A stretch of 64,000 nucleotides of DNA. It comes from Myxococcota bacterium (GTDB lineage Bacteria > Myxococcota_A > SURF-8). The notes below the pieces were generated by a model, which saw only the letters and a program-made list of their open reading frames with translations, was not told the DNA's origin and searched no databases. How positions within the stretch are numbered: the first letter of the stretch is position 1; each line of letters begins with the position of its first letter. Positions 48,970 through 59,578 of the stretch are shown piece after piece. The DNA lies in assembly GCA_963674735.2 (NCBI GenBank), contig CAXXQS010000001.1, positions 1,120,001-1,184,000 of the forward strand. Reading direction: 5' to 3'. The translations under genes and the position numbers were made by a program.

Positions 48970-49689
48970 TTATTCAGTCGGTTTCCAAACCTTCCACACT
49001 TTGCCAACCAACTCGGGGCCGACCTTCAATACCGGTTGTCCGGGCTCCCAACCGGCCGGGCAAACCTCGGCACCGGCGGTTGCACGCACATGCTGGAACG
49101 CCTGAAGCTGGCGAATCGACTCATCGACCTTGCGGCCGACAGGCGGAGTCAGGATTTCGATGGCCTGCACCACGCCGTCCGGATCGATGATGAAGCGACC
49201 GCGCACGTCCACGCCTCCGGCTTCATCGTAAATGCCGTAGACGGAGCCGATACGGCCACCCGCATCCGAGAGCATAGGGAAGGGGAATCCGCCCTTCACC
49301 ATCTTGCTCAGTTCATCTTCGTTCCAGATTTTGTGCACGAAACGGCTGTCCGTGCTGCACGCGAGAACTTGTACGCCCAGTTTGTTGAAGACTTCGGCCT
49401 TGCCGGCGACCGCCGACAGTTCCGTGGGTCAAACAAAGGTGAAGTCACCGGGGTAAAAGCATAGGAATACCCATTTCCCCTTGTAATCCGACAGTTTGAC
49501 TGTTTTGAAGCCACCCTGATGAAAGGCCGATGCCTCAAAATCAGGTGCTTCCTTGCCTACCATTACTTGCATGGCAGTGCCTCCCTTTTCATTAGATGTA
49601 TCATCCGTTTTCATCTCGTCCGGTTTCGCTGCGGCCGAAATCGGCCCCTTGGCCGGTTGGACACAGCCTTCCGGCTGCTTGCTGGCCAT
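48970..49689 (-). CDS. prxU: Selenocysteine-containing peroxiredoxin (AhpC/PrxU type); in-frame UGA at 49431-49429
   Basis: FYPGDFTFV-[TGA]-PTELSAVA continues in frame into FVHKIW...[15 protein letters not shown]. The UGA sits at the peroxidatic Cys position. Confidence 0.93.
49402..49417 (-). promoter_or_regulatory. Bacterial SECIS-like stem-loop
   Basis: GUCGGC-GGUC-GCCGGC hairpin starting 12 nt 3' of the UGA, with an apical loop beginning GG. Confidence 0.75.
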
Positions 49690-49945
49690 TTGCCCTCCTT
49701 TCTCTTGAAAAAGAGATATGTAAAAGAAACTCCCACATCATGATAACGAGAGTGAAAAGCGGATGCAATGGTGAAGTTGAAAGAAATTAAAAGGATTACA
49801 AATTCAGGAATTGGGAGTCGGGCTTAGGAATGGGGGGTTGTTTTTGTTACCAATCCCGTGTTGGAGCACACCTCCGGCGGGCTCCGGGCCTAGCGTATCT
49901 GAAGAGTGGGTCGGAGATCGGCCCCAACCTTGGAACGGCTCGTTT

Positions 49946-50332
49946 TTAGTGATTGGCCGCTTCTTTATCGGATTCTGCTCCGTTTTCCGGTACGTAAACC
50001 ACTTCGCCGCTGGGAAGACGATAGGCGATACCGAGTCGTTGGCCGTTCCCGCCGATTTCTTCTTCGGTCATGCGGTAGCGATCGATTTTGACGCCTTTTT
50101 TCATGATGATTTCCATGTCGGGTTTTCCGGCATTTTTGATGATCGTGATATCTTCGGGCGAATTTAACAGCTCCGGGACGCTCAACGCCGTGAACATGGC
50201 CAGAATCAAAGCCACCGCGAAGACCATGGCGACGTCGAAGAGGTTGGCTACGGCTCCCAAGGGATCGTCCTCCGATTGTTCGAGCAGGCGTTTATAGCGG
50301 GGCCGGGTGTTTGGGTGTGATAAACGGCTCAT
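49946..50332 (-). CDS. DUF2149 family protein (HmuV-like)
   Basis: DDPLGAVANLFDVAMVFAVALI, KNAGKPDMEII.KKG and G.GQRLGIAYRL.SGEVVYVPE motifs. ATGA overlap with the upstream gene. Confidence 0.9.
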   Translation of the reverse strand: MSRLSHPNTRPRYKRLLEQSEDDPLGAVANLFDVAMVFAVALILAMFTALSVPELLNSPEDITIIKNAGKPDMEIIMKKGVKIDRYRMTEEEIGGNGQRLGIAYRLPSGEVVYVPENGAESDKEAANH

Positions 50333-50949
50333 GATTGTGCGGCCTCCACGACAGTCGAAATCATGCTTTCCGCCTCGTCGATATCCTTTGCATACCAATA
50401 CTGCCGGTTGATCAGCATCACGTAAAACAAGGCGCCCACCAGCAGCCCGGCAACCGTGGTGCTGAACGCGATGATCAAATCGTTCGACATCACCGTCAGG
50501 TTGCCTTGCGAAATGTTCATCAGCGCCGGACCCATGGGAATCAGCGTGCCCATCAGACCGAGAACCGGCCCGATGCGCAAGCCGATGCGCAGGCGCGACC
50601 AGCGGCGGGCCGCTTCGAATTCCAACTCGTGCAGCAGGCGTTCGTAGTGGACCGTCCGCAAGGGTTGTGTTGGTGACCGTAGCGAAACAGCCCGTGACTT
50701 GACCAACTCCGGCGCGTGGGGGCCGGTCAGAAGGTCGAGCAACTCCTTTTCATCCACCTTTTCGCCAAGCGCGAAGGCCGAGACGCAGGATTGCCAGTCG
50801 CCATGTCGGTGTCGTCGTTCGAACCATTCCCGCAGGAACGCGCCGATTTCGAACAAGGCCCAGATCAAAGCCAATAAAACCCCCAGCACGACGGGAGCCT
50901 TGAGCGCAACCGTAATGCTGTACAGGATGGCGATGGCGAGATCAATCAT
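50329..50949 (-). CDS. MotA/TolQ/ExbB family protein (HmuU-like)
   Basis: RIGPVLGLMGTLIPMGPAL, IAFSTTVAGL and WYAKD motifs. Confidence 0.9.
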   Translation of the reverse strand: MIDLAIAILYSITVALKAPVVLGVLLALIWALFEIGAFLREWFERRHRHGDWQSCVSAFALGEKVDEKELLDLLTGPHAPELVKSRAVSLRSPTQPLRTVHYERLLHELEFEAARRWSRLRIGLRIGPVLGLMGTLIPMGPALMNISQGNLTVMSNDLIIAFSTTVAGLLVGALFYVMLINRQYWYAKDIDEAESMISTVVEAAQS

Positions 50950-53900
50950 GATGGATGTGTCCTTGTTTTCTGCTGCGGCGGCTACGCGCAAGGAAACCGG
51001 CCAATATGATCAGACAAGCCAATCCGATCACCCCAACCAGCGTGTAATCGTTTTGCCTATCCGCGTTGGGCTTGGGATCGTCGGCTTTCTTGTCGAGCCG
51101 TTTGCCTGCGATGGGTTCGTGTCCCGGTTCGGCGGGATCGCTGGGAGTGGTGAGCTCCGCCGATTTCTCCCGATATTGCTTGAGCAGGGCATCCATCTCC
51201 GGGGTTTTCGGCGCGGACAGCGTCTCGTCGATAAAGGTCTCCAGTTTGTCGTTTCCGCCTTCGCGTACTCCGCTGGAACGCCCATGTTTGACCACGGATT
51301 CGGCATAGGCGGCCGTGATTTCCAGCCGTGTGGCGTCGTCCGCTTTCCAGAAATCTTTGCGGATGGTTTCCAGCAGGGTGACGGAAAGCTTTTGGAAGGC
51401 GTGGGGGTTGGTGGTGTCGAACCAGTGCCGCAGGCCGAGTTGATGGCGGTCGCGCAGGTAAACATCCGTAAGGTCGTTCCAGTTTGAATCGGCGATGCTG
51501 TCCTCGCGCATGATCTCCCAGCCCATAAGGTTGTCGATGTTTTTGGCGATGATATTGCCGCCCGCGTATCCCTCCTTTTGCATGCCTGCGATCCACTTGG
51601 GATTGGTTAGACGGGCACGGAAGTCTTTTTGCACCACCGCCCCCGAATCGACGATCTGCGCCTCGTCCGTATCGCGCACGTCGACGAATAAATAGTCCGG
51701 CTCTTTTCCGGTGAGATGCTTGATCGCCAGCGACAAGGTGCCGTCCACCCACCAGGCGAACTTGTTCGACAAAACGAAATCGCGGTTATCGTACCAGCTT
51801 TTCAGAATCAGATCGGTTCCCTGGATGGTCGAATCAAAGGCTTCGGGAGCCATATCGCCCCACGCCCCTTGTGTGTAAACGTGCTTCGAGTTTTGCAGGT
51901 AGACGTCCAGCAGGTCTTCGCGGTTTTCCCATTCGCCGGAGCGTTCGGTGAGATAGAAAAACCAGTTGTGAGCGTCGAGGATTTCATCCGGCTCCGCGCC
52001 GTACATGCGCGCCTTTGAAAGGGTTTGCGCCTTGGGAGAGGAGAAGCCTTTGGCTTCAAGCGCTTTGCGGGTGGCCTGGCTGTTTTGGTAGACGCGATTG
52101 TCCTTTTCGTTCAGGGACGCCACCAGGCGAATGGCTTTGTCTAAAAGCTTCATCAAAGACGGCAGCTCGTCGCGGTAGATACTGCGCGCCGACAGAAACA
52201 CATCGATGCGCGGACGGCCGAGTTCGGCTGCGGGAATCAGTTCCACGTCGCGCACGCGGTTCTTGGCGTCCCATGCCGGACGCACGCCGATCAGGTAGAG
52301 AATCTGCGATTCGATGATACCGAAATCGCTGTACGCGGCAAAGGGCACCAGGCTGAACGCGATTTTGCCGGGGTAGCGGCCCTTGGTGTCCAGCTCGTTT
52401 TGCAGATAATCCCGAATCAATTTCGTGCCCAGTTCCCAGGATGCGCGCGAGGGCAGCTCTTCCGGGTTCATCACGTACATGTTGCGGCCGGTGGGCACGA
52501 CGGACGGATTGCGCTCCGGGTTGCCCGAGGGCCCCGGCTCGATGAACTTCCCCTCCAAAGCCTCTAAAATACCGTCGATTTCCGGCGGCTGCTCAACAGT
52601 CCCGCATTCATTTCGACGGCGATCTGGAGGCTTTCCGCCACCTTTTGCGGAAGAGCGCCCTGCGGCAGATGCCCCCCGCAAGCCTTGACCGCGTCGGATG
52701 CCGACAAACCCTGCTTCAGCATCAGGGTCAGGATTTCCTTGCCTTTCTGCTTGAGGAAGGCGTCGTCGGGCGTGGGATTCTCAGGGGTTACGAACAGCGG
52801 CGCGGCGGTTTTCAGAAAGCGTTTTCCCATGCTGTAAACGAGGTAGGGAATGCGCAGATCATCGGCGGGCGGCTGACCCAGTACATGCATGCTGGCAGGG
52901 ATCAATTCGTTGCCCAGGTCGTGCAGATGCTTGGCGATCCGCTCGATCTCCGCCTCACCGAGCAAGGCTCCCGGGGCGAGTTGCAGATCCAGATCGCGAT
53001 CGAGTTTGCAGGCTTCCACTTGCCGGGTGACCGATTCGGCGAATTTCTTTTTCAAGGCCCCCGCGTCGAGTGCCTGGTACTTGTTGATCGAGGATTCCAG
53101 GTTCAGAAGCTCGTCCGACAGGCCCGCTTCCATCAGCGGAGGCGGCAGGAAATCAACGGTAACCGCTCGCGCCCGGCGTTTGCAGGGTAGAATTTCGGAG
53201 GTGTTGCTGGAGAGCCAGGGGTTGATGTTGGGCAGATCGCCGATAAGAATATCGCTCCAGTCGGCGCGCGAGAGCACCGCCTGCTTGCCCGGAAACAACC
53301 ACTCCGAGCCGTGCGAGCCGAAATGCACCAGGGCATCGGGTTTGAACGCATTCTGCAGCCAGAAATAGGTGGCCAGGTAGTGATGGGTGGGCGGCAGCAG
53401 GCTTTCGTCGGGGTCTTCCACTTTCAGCGAGGCGCTGATGGTTTCGCCCTTGGGAGGCTGGGTCAGCAAAACCGCGTTTCCCAGATCGAGCTTCGGCAGC
53501 ACCAGGAAGCGTTTGCCTTTGTGGGTCCACACCATGAATTCGCCGGGAACCGCGCCCCATTGCTTGACGACTTCCTTGCGTCGCCACTCGGGCACCTGTT
53601 CTTCGAACCAGGTTCGATACTGCTTTTCCGGTACCAGTATCGCATGCCCGCTACGGGCCAGTTTGTCGAGCGAACCCGGTTCCCAGGAGCCCATCTGGCG
53701 GCCATGATCCACGAGGCGGGCGATGAGGTCTTCCTCATTGGCGGGAATGTCTTTCAGCGTATAGCCCGTCTTTTGCAGCGCGTCGAGAAGGGCCAGCATG
53801 CTGCGCGGCGCATTGAGATTGTGCGCCGGACCGCTCATCAACCCGGCTTTGTCCGCTTCTCGATCGTAGGTGACGAGCGCGAGTTTCTTTTCTGCGGCCG

Positions 53901-54993
53901 GTATGCGCGACAACGCAATCCAGGCCTGGGCACGTCCGACGATGCGCCGAATGCGGTCGGGAATGGGCAGGATTTCCTCGCCGCCGTCGCCCCCGGATTC
54001 CGTGCCTCCGGCGGTGAGGCATTCGGTCGCGCCCTTCAATTCGGAGGAGGCGATTTGGTGGAACTGGGACGACTTGACCATGCCGGTCTGGTTGCTTTTG
54101 CGCCATTGATCGATGGATTCATGGGTGAACCAGAGCGCGTGCAACCGCGGGACACCAAGCTTTTTCCAGAAATCGGGGGTTTCCCGCGTGTGGGAGGTCA
54201 TGATGACCAGGTCGGGTTTGAATTCCGTGAGCCGTTTGGTGAACCCGGCATCGTCGGCCACCAGGCAAAGCGCCAGCATGCCGCGTTTTTCCAGCTCCCG
54301 CATCAGTGCATCGATCACTTTGGGTTGATGAAACAACACGTGGTGTCGCCACGAACCCAAGGCGACGCGCGGGGCCTGTCGGGTGTCCCAACCGTCTTTT
54401 GCCGCTCGTTCGAGAAAGTCCGGGATGTGGGCCAGCTGTGGGTATTTCGGGTGATACATCTTGATCGACGGCCCAGATCCCGGCGGCGAGACCACCCCAC
54501 TACGCCCCAGGTGGGTGATCAGGGTGTAACGGAGCATGTCCCGCATCGACTCTTTGGAAAGCCCGTAATAGGCGGCCATTTTGGGGTCGGTGTGGATATT
54601 TTCTTTGCCCACCCAGTCGGTCCAGGCCTCGCAGATCGGCGCCGGACCCACACAAAACACCTTGAGGTCGCTGTTTTTCGTCCGGGCGGCCTTCAGGCTC
54701 TGTTTGTATTGTTCTTTCAGATCCGGCGTGGCGAAAGACGTGATGATGACGTCGTAAGCGGCGAGGTCCGGCAGAGGCTCGCGTCTGAAACGCTCGGGCT
54801 TGAGCGACGTGACGGTTACATTCAACTCGTTTTCATAGGCCGACAGCGCCTGAACCGCGCCGCCCGCCATCCCGATGATGCCGAACGACACGGTCTTTTC
54901 TGCGGGAGTCTGGGCGGGGGCGGAAGGCGGAAACAGAAACAAAGCCAGGACAAAGAGCGTTACGGACAGAGTGGCTGTGTGGATCCATCGCAT
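50942..54993 (-). CDS. CobN/Mg-chelatase-like exported protein (about 1350 aa), split by a 1-nt frameshift near 52582
   Basis: PPTHHYLATYFWL, HFGSHGSEW..PGK and KRR in ORF 52564-54993. EPGPSGNP.RNP.V.PTGRN.Y, LGRPRIDV and NPKWI.GM..EGYAG in ORF 50942-52681. N-terminal signal peptide and C-terminal TM anchor. Confidence 0.88.
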
Positions 54994-55054
54994 GAGGTAT
55001 TCCTAAGTGGGAGCGTAAATAATGTTTCGCTTCCTCGACAAAACCCATTGTTCG

Positions 55055-57244
55055 CTAGAAGTTCAGCGCAACCGATCCGTTGACCAGGATACCCGGCGAT
55101 TCGGACGGCACATTGGGCACGCTGTATACGTCGTACTTCGTGTTGAGCATGTTTTCGAAGCTCAGTTTCCAATTGATCATATCGATTACGGAGCCGCTCA
55201 CGCCCAGATCGAGCGAAATGTAATCGTGCATTTTCGTGGCCTGGGTGTTGACCAGATCCGTGAACCGCTCGCCCTCATAGCGGGCGCTCAGATCGATGGC
55301 GATCCATTTCAGGTATTGGAATTGCACACCGAGACGGCCGCGATGCTGCGGCTCGAAGGGCAGGTGATTGTCTTCGATGGTCGGATCGGCTTCGTCCTTG
55401 ACGATCGTCGAATGATTGAAGGTGTAACCGCCGTACAAGGTCCACATCTTGTTGATATCGTAGCGCAACTCGCCGTCGAGCCCCATCACCTGAACGTCGG
55501 TTATGTTGTCCATTCGATTCACATTGACGTCGATGGTGCGTGAGCCGATGAAGTCTTGGCCACGGGTGTAATAGCCGGTTACGCGTCCGAGGAAGTTGTG
55601 CAAAATCCATTGATCCAGGCCGACTTCCGCCGACCACGCGCTTTCCGGGTCGAGTTTCGGGTTGCTGTAGAGCAGCATCGGACCACGGGTGAAAACGGTG
55701 TACAACTCGAACAGGGTCGGGGCGGCGAAGGAACGTCCGACGGAGGCGCGCAGAGTGGTCAAATCGGCGTAGCGGTACACAAAGGCCAGCTTGGGATTGA
55801 TGGCCACCCAGGAACGGTCCTGATACGTTTCATCCACCGGCGCATAAGGGCCGGGGCTCGTATCGGAGCTTTCGCCGTCACCGCTTCTGAAATAATCGAC
55901 GCGCAAGCCGGGAGTCAGCAGAATCGTGTGTTCATCGATATGGAAATCCATTTCGTCCTGGGCGAAAAGCGAGGCGCTTAAATTGTTGCCTTTCGCTTTC
56001 CCTTTGCGCTCGACCAGATCGTATTCGTTGTGTTTGTCCATCGTCGAATAGGCCGAGTCGATGCCGACGGTCAGGGTGTTGAAGTCGGCGACCTTGAAGT
56101 CCACCTTGAAAAGCTGGCCGAATTTCTTCGATTCGTCGAATTCGGTGTGATCGTGCAGGGTGTAGTCCGGCCGCGCGCCCAGGTCGACTTCGCGCCACAG
56201 AAAATGTCCGTAGAGGGTGGCGGTCAGATCGATGCGGTTGCCCATCTCCCGTTCGTAGGTCAAGTTGGTGGTCAGAGTGGTGTTGTTCTGGTTGTCGGTT
56301 TGAATGCCTCGGCTGAAGTCTTCGTTGACGAAGCTCAACCCGAGGGTGAGCGTGGAGCGGTCGTCCGGCATCACGTAGGCTTTACCGAAAAGGCTGAGGT
56401 CGGTACGCGCGTTTTTCACGTGATAGGCTTCGGGCTCTTTGGCTTGAATATAACCTTTTGTTTTGTACAGGTTTGCGCCGAGCGAGTAGCCGCCTTTTTC
56501 AAACATGCCCGCCTGCAGCAAGGTGGCGGTGTAGGTGTCCAGGCTGCCGTAACCGCCCTTCAACGTGGTTTCGTTTTCCGTTCGTGGTTTGTGGGAAATC
56601 AGATTGATTACGCCCCCCATCGCACCGGAGCCGTACAAAGCCGACATGGGACCGCGAACGATTTCGATCCGTTCCAGTGCTTCCGGCGGCATCAGCGACC
56701 AGTTGACCGCGCCGGTGACGCCGTCGTTCACCGGGACGCCGTCCAACAAGATCAGGGTGCGTTTTTGCTCGTGGATCCCGCGCAGTGTGATGTCGCGGCC
56801 GGGACCGCACTCGGCTACATGCTGGCGGGAATAAGAAATGCTGGGGATGCGCTTGAGAAAATCATCCACCGTTTTTTCGGGGGCTTGTTGCAGCTCGTCT
56901 TTGCCGATGACCGTCACCATGGCCGGAGCGTCTTTCCAGGAGGACTTGCGGCGATTGGCCGTCACCACGATTTCGTCCAGGGCGGCGCTGCTGTCCGGTT
57001 GCGCGGCGGACGGTTCGCTGCTTTCCGGGTCGGTCGCCTGCTCGGCTGGCTCGGAAGCTGCAGCGGGCGGGTCAATCGCGGTATCGCTCGATGCCGTCTG
57101 CGGCGCTACATCAGCGGAAGTGGCCGGGACCACCGGTGTCGATGGGGTATCGGTATCCGCTTCCTGTGCGCCAAGGGTGTAAGGAGCCATGAAAAGGATG
57201 AGTAAAATAAGAACCGGTCTTAAAGGGCTGAACGTGTGATACAT
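55055..57244 (-). CDS. TonB-dependent receptor
   Basis: Signal peptide, LDEIVVTANR TonB-box region, LRG, LLDGVPVN, IEIVRGP.SALYGSGAMGGVINLI, NPKL.PE, ENMLN..Y and C-terminal F. Confidence 0.95.
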   Translation of the reverse strand: MYHTFSPLRPVLILLILFMAPYTLGAQEADTDTPSTPVVPATSADVAPQTASSDTAIDPPAAASEPAEQATDPESSEPSAAQPDSSAALDEIVVTANRRKSSWKDAPAMVTVIGKDELQQAPEKTVDDFLKRIPSISYSRQHVAECGPGRDITLRGIHEQKRTLILLDGVPVNDGVTGAVNWSLMPPEALERIEIVRGPMSALYGSGAMGGVINLISHKPRTENETTLKGGYGSLDTYTATLLQAGMFEKGGYSLGANLYKTKGYIQAKEPEAYHVKNARTDLSLFGKAYVMPDDRSTLTLGLSFVNEDFSRGIQTDNQNNTTLTTNLTYEREMGNRIDLTATLYGHFLWREVDLGARPDYTLHDHTEFDESKKFGQLFKVDFKVADFNTLTVGIDSAYSTMDKHNEYDLVERKGKAKGNNLSASLFAQDEMDFHIDEHTILLTPGLRVDYFRSGDGESSDTSPGPYAPVDETYQDRSWVAINPKLAFVYRYADLTTLRASVGRSFAAPTLFELYTVFTRGPMLLYSNPKLDPESAWSAEVGLDQWILHNFLGRVTGYYTRGQDFIGSRTIDVNVNRMDNITDVQVMGLDGELRYDINKMWTLYGGYTFNHSTIVKDEADPTIEDNHLPFEPQHRGRLGVQFQYLKWIAIDLSARYEGERFTDLVNTQATKMHDYISLDLGVSGSVIDMINWKLSFENMLNTKYDVYSVPNVPSESPGILVNGSVALNF

Positions 57245-57539
57245 CTTACATTCTCTTTTCTTGAAAATGATGCGAAGGGCGTGATTACTACCTAAAAAGC
57301 GGCTTACATTCGTTTACCCGGAGAGCAATAGTCAGAAATCGACCGATTGTCCAATTAATATTTCTTAAGTATTTCGCCTGGAATATTCTGGAAAGGGGTA
57401 TTGAAAAACGGAAAGGCAAGAAAATCGATCAGGTTCGGATTCGGCCTTGACACGGTGGTGAAAACCCTATAGATATGCTCGGCCGTGAAGGCGGCCAGTG
57501 CGGGACGGTGCGGCGGGAATTTTCATGCAGGAGACGAAA

Positions 57540-58376
57540 ATGGCAACTTGGATGATTCTCAAACGCGGAACGGCCATTTTGCTGGGGACGGCCCTGATCG
57601 GCTTCGGCATCAATTACTTAAACATCGCCAATAACCTGGCGGAAGGCGGCGTGACGGGGCTGAGCATTTTGATCAAGCTCGCGCTCAACGTCAATCCCGG
57701 CCTATCGGTGATCCTCATCAATATTCCCTTGTTCGTGCTGGGATATATGTTTCTGGGCGCGCGCGATATGGCCTGGACCATCTACGGGACGCTGTGCTTG
57801 TCGGGGGCTTTGTGGCTGTTCGACGGTTACCGCCTGCCGATGGACGATCTGCTGCTGACCGCCGCTTACGCCGGAGCCTGCATGGGGCTTGGGTTGGGCG
57901 TCATCTTCAGAAACGGCGGAACCACCGGTGGCGTCGATATCATTGCACGGATCGTCAACAAGCGTTTCGGGATCGGCATGGGCGTGTCGATGTTTTACGC
58001 CGATCTCGTGGTGATGGGGATTTCGCTGATCTATCTCACGCAGGCGCAAGTCATGTATACTCTTGTAGCCGTCTTTATCGGCGCGCGCGTGGTCGACGTG
58101 GTGCAGCAGGGGGCCTATCGCGCGAAGGCGGTGACGGTCGTGAGCGAATGCGAAGAGAAAATTGCCGAAGGCATCATGAAGGAATTGAATCGGGGTGTGA
58201 CGATCATGAAAAGTATGGGCGGCTACACCCGGAAAGAACGCGGATTTTTATATGTCGTGTGTTCGCGCAGTCAGATCGTGCGCGTAAAAAACCTCATATA
58301 CGAACGCGATCCGCGTGCCTTCGTCACCGTAACCGACGTGCACGAGGTGATCGGCGAGGGGTTCCGACGAGCCTGA
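57540..58376 (+). CDS. YitT family membrane protein (DUF161 plus DUF2179)
   Basis: LAEGGVTG, NIPLF, GGTTGGVDI, RGVT, GGYT and DPRAFV....VHEV.GEGF motifs. AGGAG RBS. Confidence 0.92.
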   Translation: MATWMILKRGTAILLGTALIGFGINYLNIANNLAEGGVTGLSILIKLALNVNPGLSVILINIPLFVLGYMFLGARDMAWTIYGTLCLSGALWLFDGYRLPMDDLLLTAAYAGACMGLGLGVIFRNGGTTGGVDIIARIVNKRFGIGMGVSMFYADLVVMGISLIYLTQAQVMYTLVAVFIGARVVDVVQQGAYRAKAVTVVSECEEKIAEGIMKELNRGVTIMKSMGGYTRKERGFLYVVCSRSQIVRVKNLIYERDPRAFVTVTDVHEVIGEGFRRA

Positions 58377-58862
58377 AAATGGTCCCAAAATGGGTGAAAA
58401 TACCGGGTAGTGACCTTGTAACCTTCCGGAATAACTCCGTAATACGCGAATTCACGCGCTTCCGCGCCGCTCGTCTCAGTAACGTCTTGCTGGAATCTGC
58501 AATAAAATAATGATATCAAGGAGATAGGACTCCTAAATAGGGAGTCCTAACAAGTCGTAATAGTATAATATACTGACTATAGCAATTGCGCGGACCTCGA
58601 ATCGCTTTTCGGCCGAGCGGCATCGCAACCCGGACATGTTTTTCCGGCTCGCTCTGTGCGCTTCAACTAGCTGAAGTTACGAGTGAAAATCGTTTCGACT
58701 GGTTTGGACAGACCGTTTGGCGTGTCGGGTCGAGGTCGGAAAGAGGAGGCGGATCGCTCACCTGCGTGTGACGTATTACGGCAAGTATACTATTCCCATC
58801 TGAAAATCACCTCCCGGAAAATGATGGGGCGAAAAAACGTAATGATTTCGCGAAAAGACCCG

Positions 58863-58949
58863 CGAGCGCATCGAGCGTATCGAGCGCATGGAGCGACCGG
58901 ATCGCGTTCGAGCGAAAGAAGAGACATCGAGCGCATCGAGCGTATCGAG
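58863..58949. repeat. Two clusters of a 9-bp tandem repeat CGAGCG(C/T)AT
   Basis: 58863-58895 (about 3.6 units) and 58925-58949 (about 2.7 units). Confidence 0.85.
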
Positions 58950-58997
58950 ACGCGTCGGAAGAGGGGAGCAGTCGTTCGGGTTTGCGTGACATAAACG

Positions 58998-59028
58998 AAG
59001 AAAGGGCCCCCCGGATGGGAGGCCCTTT
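58998..59028 (-). terminator. Intrinsic terminator of the 59051-59578 gene
   Basis: AAAGGGCC...GGCCCTTT stem followed by CTT on the minus strand. Confidence 0.75.
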
Positions 59029-59050
59029 GAGTGCCGGATTGGCTCGACTG

Positions 59051-59578
59051 TTAGTCGATGGTCAGCATGCATTTCTGTGCATCGGTGTCACAGGAAGCGG
59101 TGCGGGCGGGTTTGTCGGGATCGTCGCAGGTCTCGAGGCCGTCGCAGTCGTCGTCGCTCGTGCAATCGATCTCGGCGCAGGCGCCGTATTTGACGGTGTT
59201 CATCTCGTAGGTGCCGGCACAATCCTGGTTGAAGTCGCCGTCCATGCAGACGTCGGCCACTTCGAGGGAGCAGAACGCTTCGCCTTCATCGTCGCCGCAC
59301 ATCGAGATGCCGAGGCAGTCCGCGTCTTCGACGCATTCCGGCTCGTCGCCGTCAGGATCGTCGCCATCGGGATCGTCGCCGTCAGGATCGTCGCCATCGG
59401 CCGCTTCGGCAACACAAACGTCTTCTTCGTTGCACATCAGGCCGTCGTTGCAGGTGCCGTCTTCGAGGCACGCGCCGCCTTCGGCACCGGCTTCGATTTC
59501 TTCATCGTCGTCGCCGCAGGCAACCAGAAGAACCATCGTCGCCAACAGAGCCATCATGATCAAAAGTGCTTTCTTCAT
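59051..59578 (-). CDS. Acidic Cys-rich lipoprotein with (DGDDP)n linker
   Basis: MKK..LLVAC lipobox, AAGGAG RBS, Cys-rich modules either side of DGDDPDGDDPDGDDPDGDE. Confidence 0.85.
   Translation of the reverse strand: MKKALLIMMALLATMVLLVACGDDDEEIEAGAEGGACLEDGTCNDGLMCNEEDVCVAEAADGDDPDGDDPDGDDPDGDEPECVEDADCLGISMCGDDEGEAFCSLEVADVCMDGDFNQDCAGTYEMNTVKYGACAEIDCTSDDDCDGLETCDDPDKPARTASCDTDAQKCMLTID
59343..59400. repeat. Coding tandem repeat, 15-bp unit x4 (30-bp unit x2)
   Basis: TCGTCGCCGTCAGGA alternating with TCGTCGCCATCGGGA. Confidence 0.9.

Noticed and set aside
48970-49689. Peroxiredoxin pseudogene
   Set aside because: The only stop is a UGA exactly at the catalytic position with a SECIS-like hairpin, so selenocysteine recoding is the better explanation.
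53311-55083. 590-aa plus-strand ORF
   Set aside because: Antisense shadow of the CobN-like gene in GC-rich DNA, with no recognisable motifs.
57245-57500. Cobalamin riboswitch upstream of the TonB receptor
   Set aside because: No recognisable B12-box or conserved core by eye; an Rfam scan would settle it.
58553-58578. dif site
   Set aside because: It has arm-6-arm geometry but lacks the XerD arm consensus TTATGTTAAAT on either strand.
58683-59072. ORFs 58683-58994 and 58776-59072
   Set aside because: Low-complexity translations driven by the 9-bp repeats, with no convincing RBS or motifs.
58863-59400. CRISPR array
   Set aside because: Repeats are 9-15 bp tandem units without unique spacers, and no cas genes are present.
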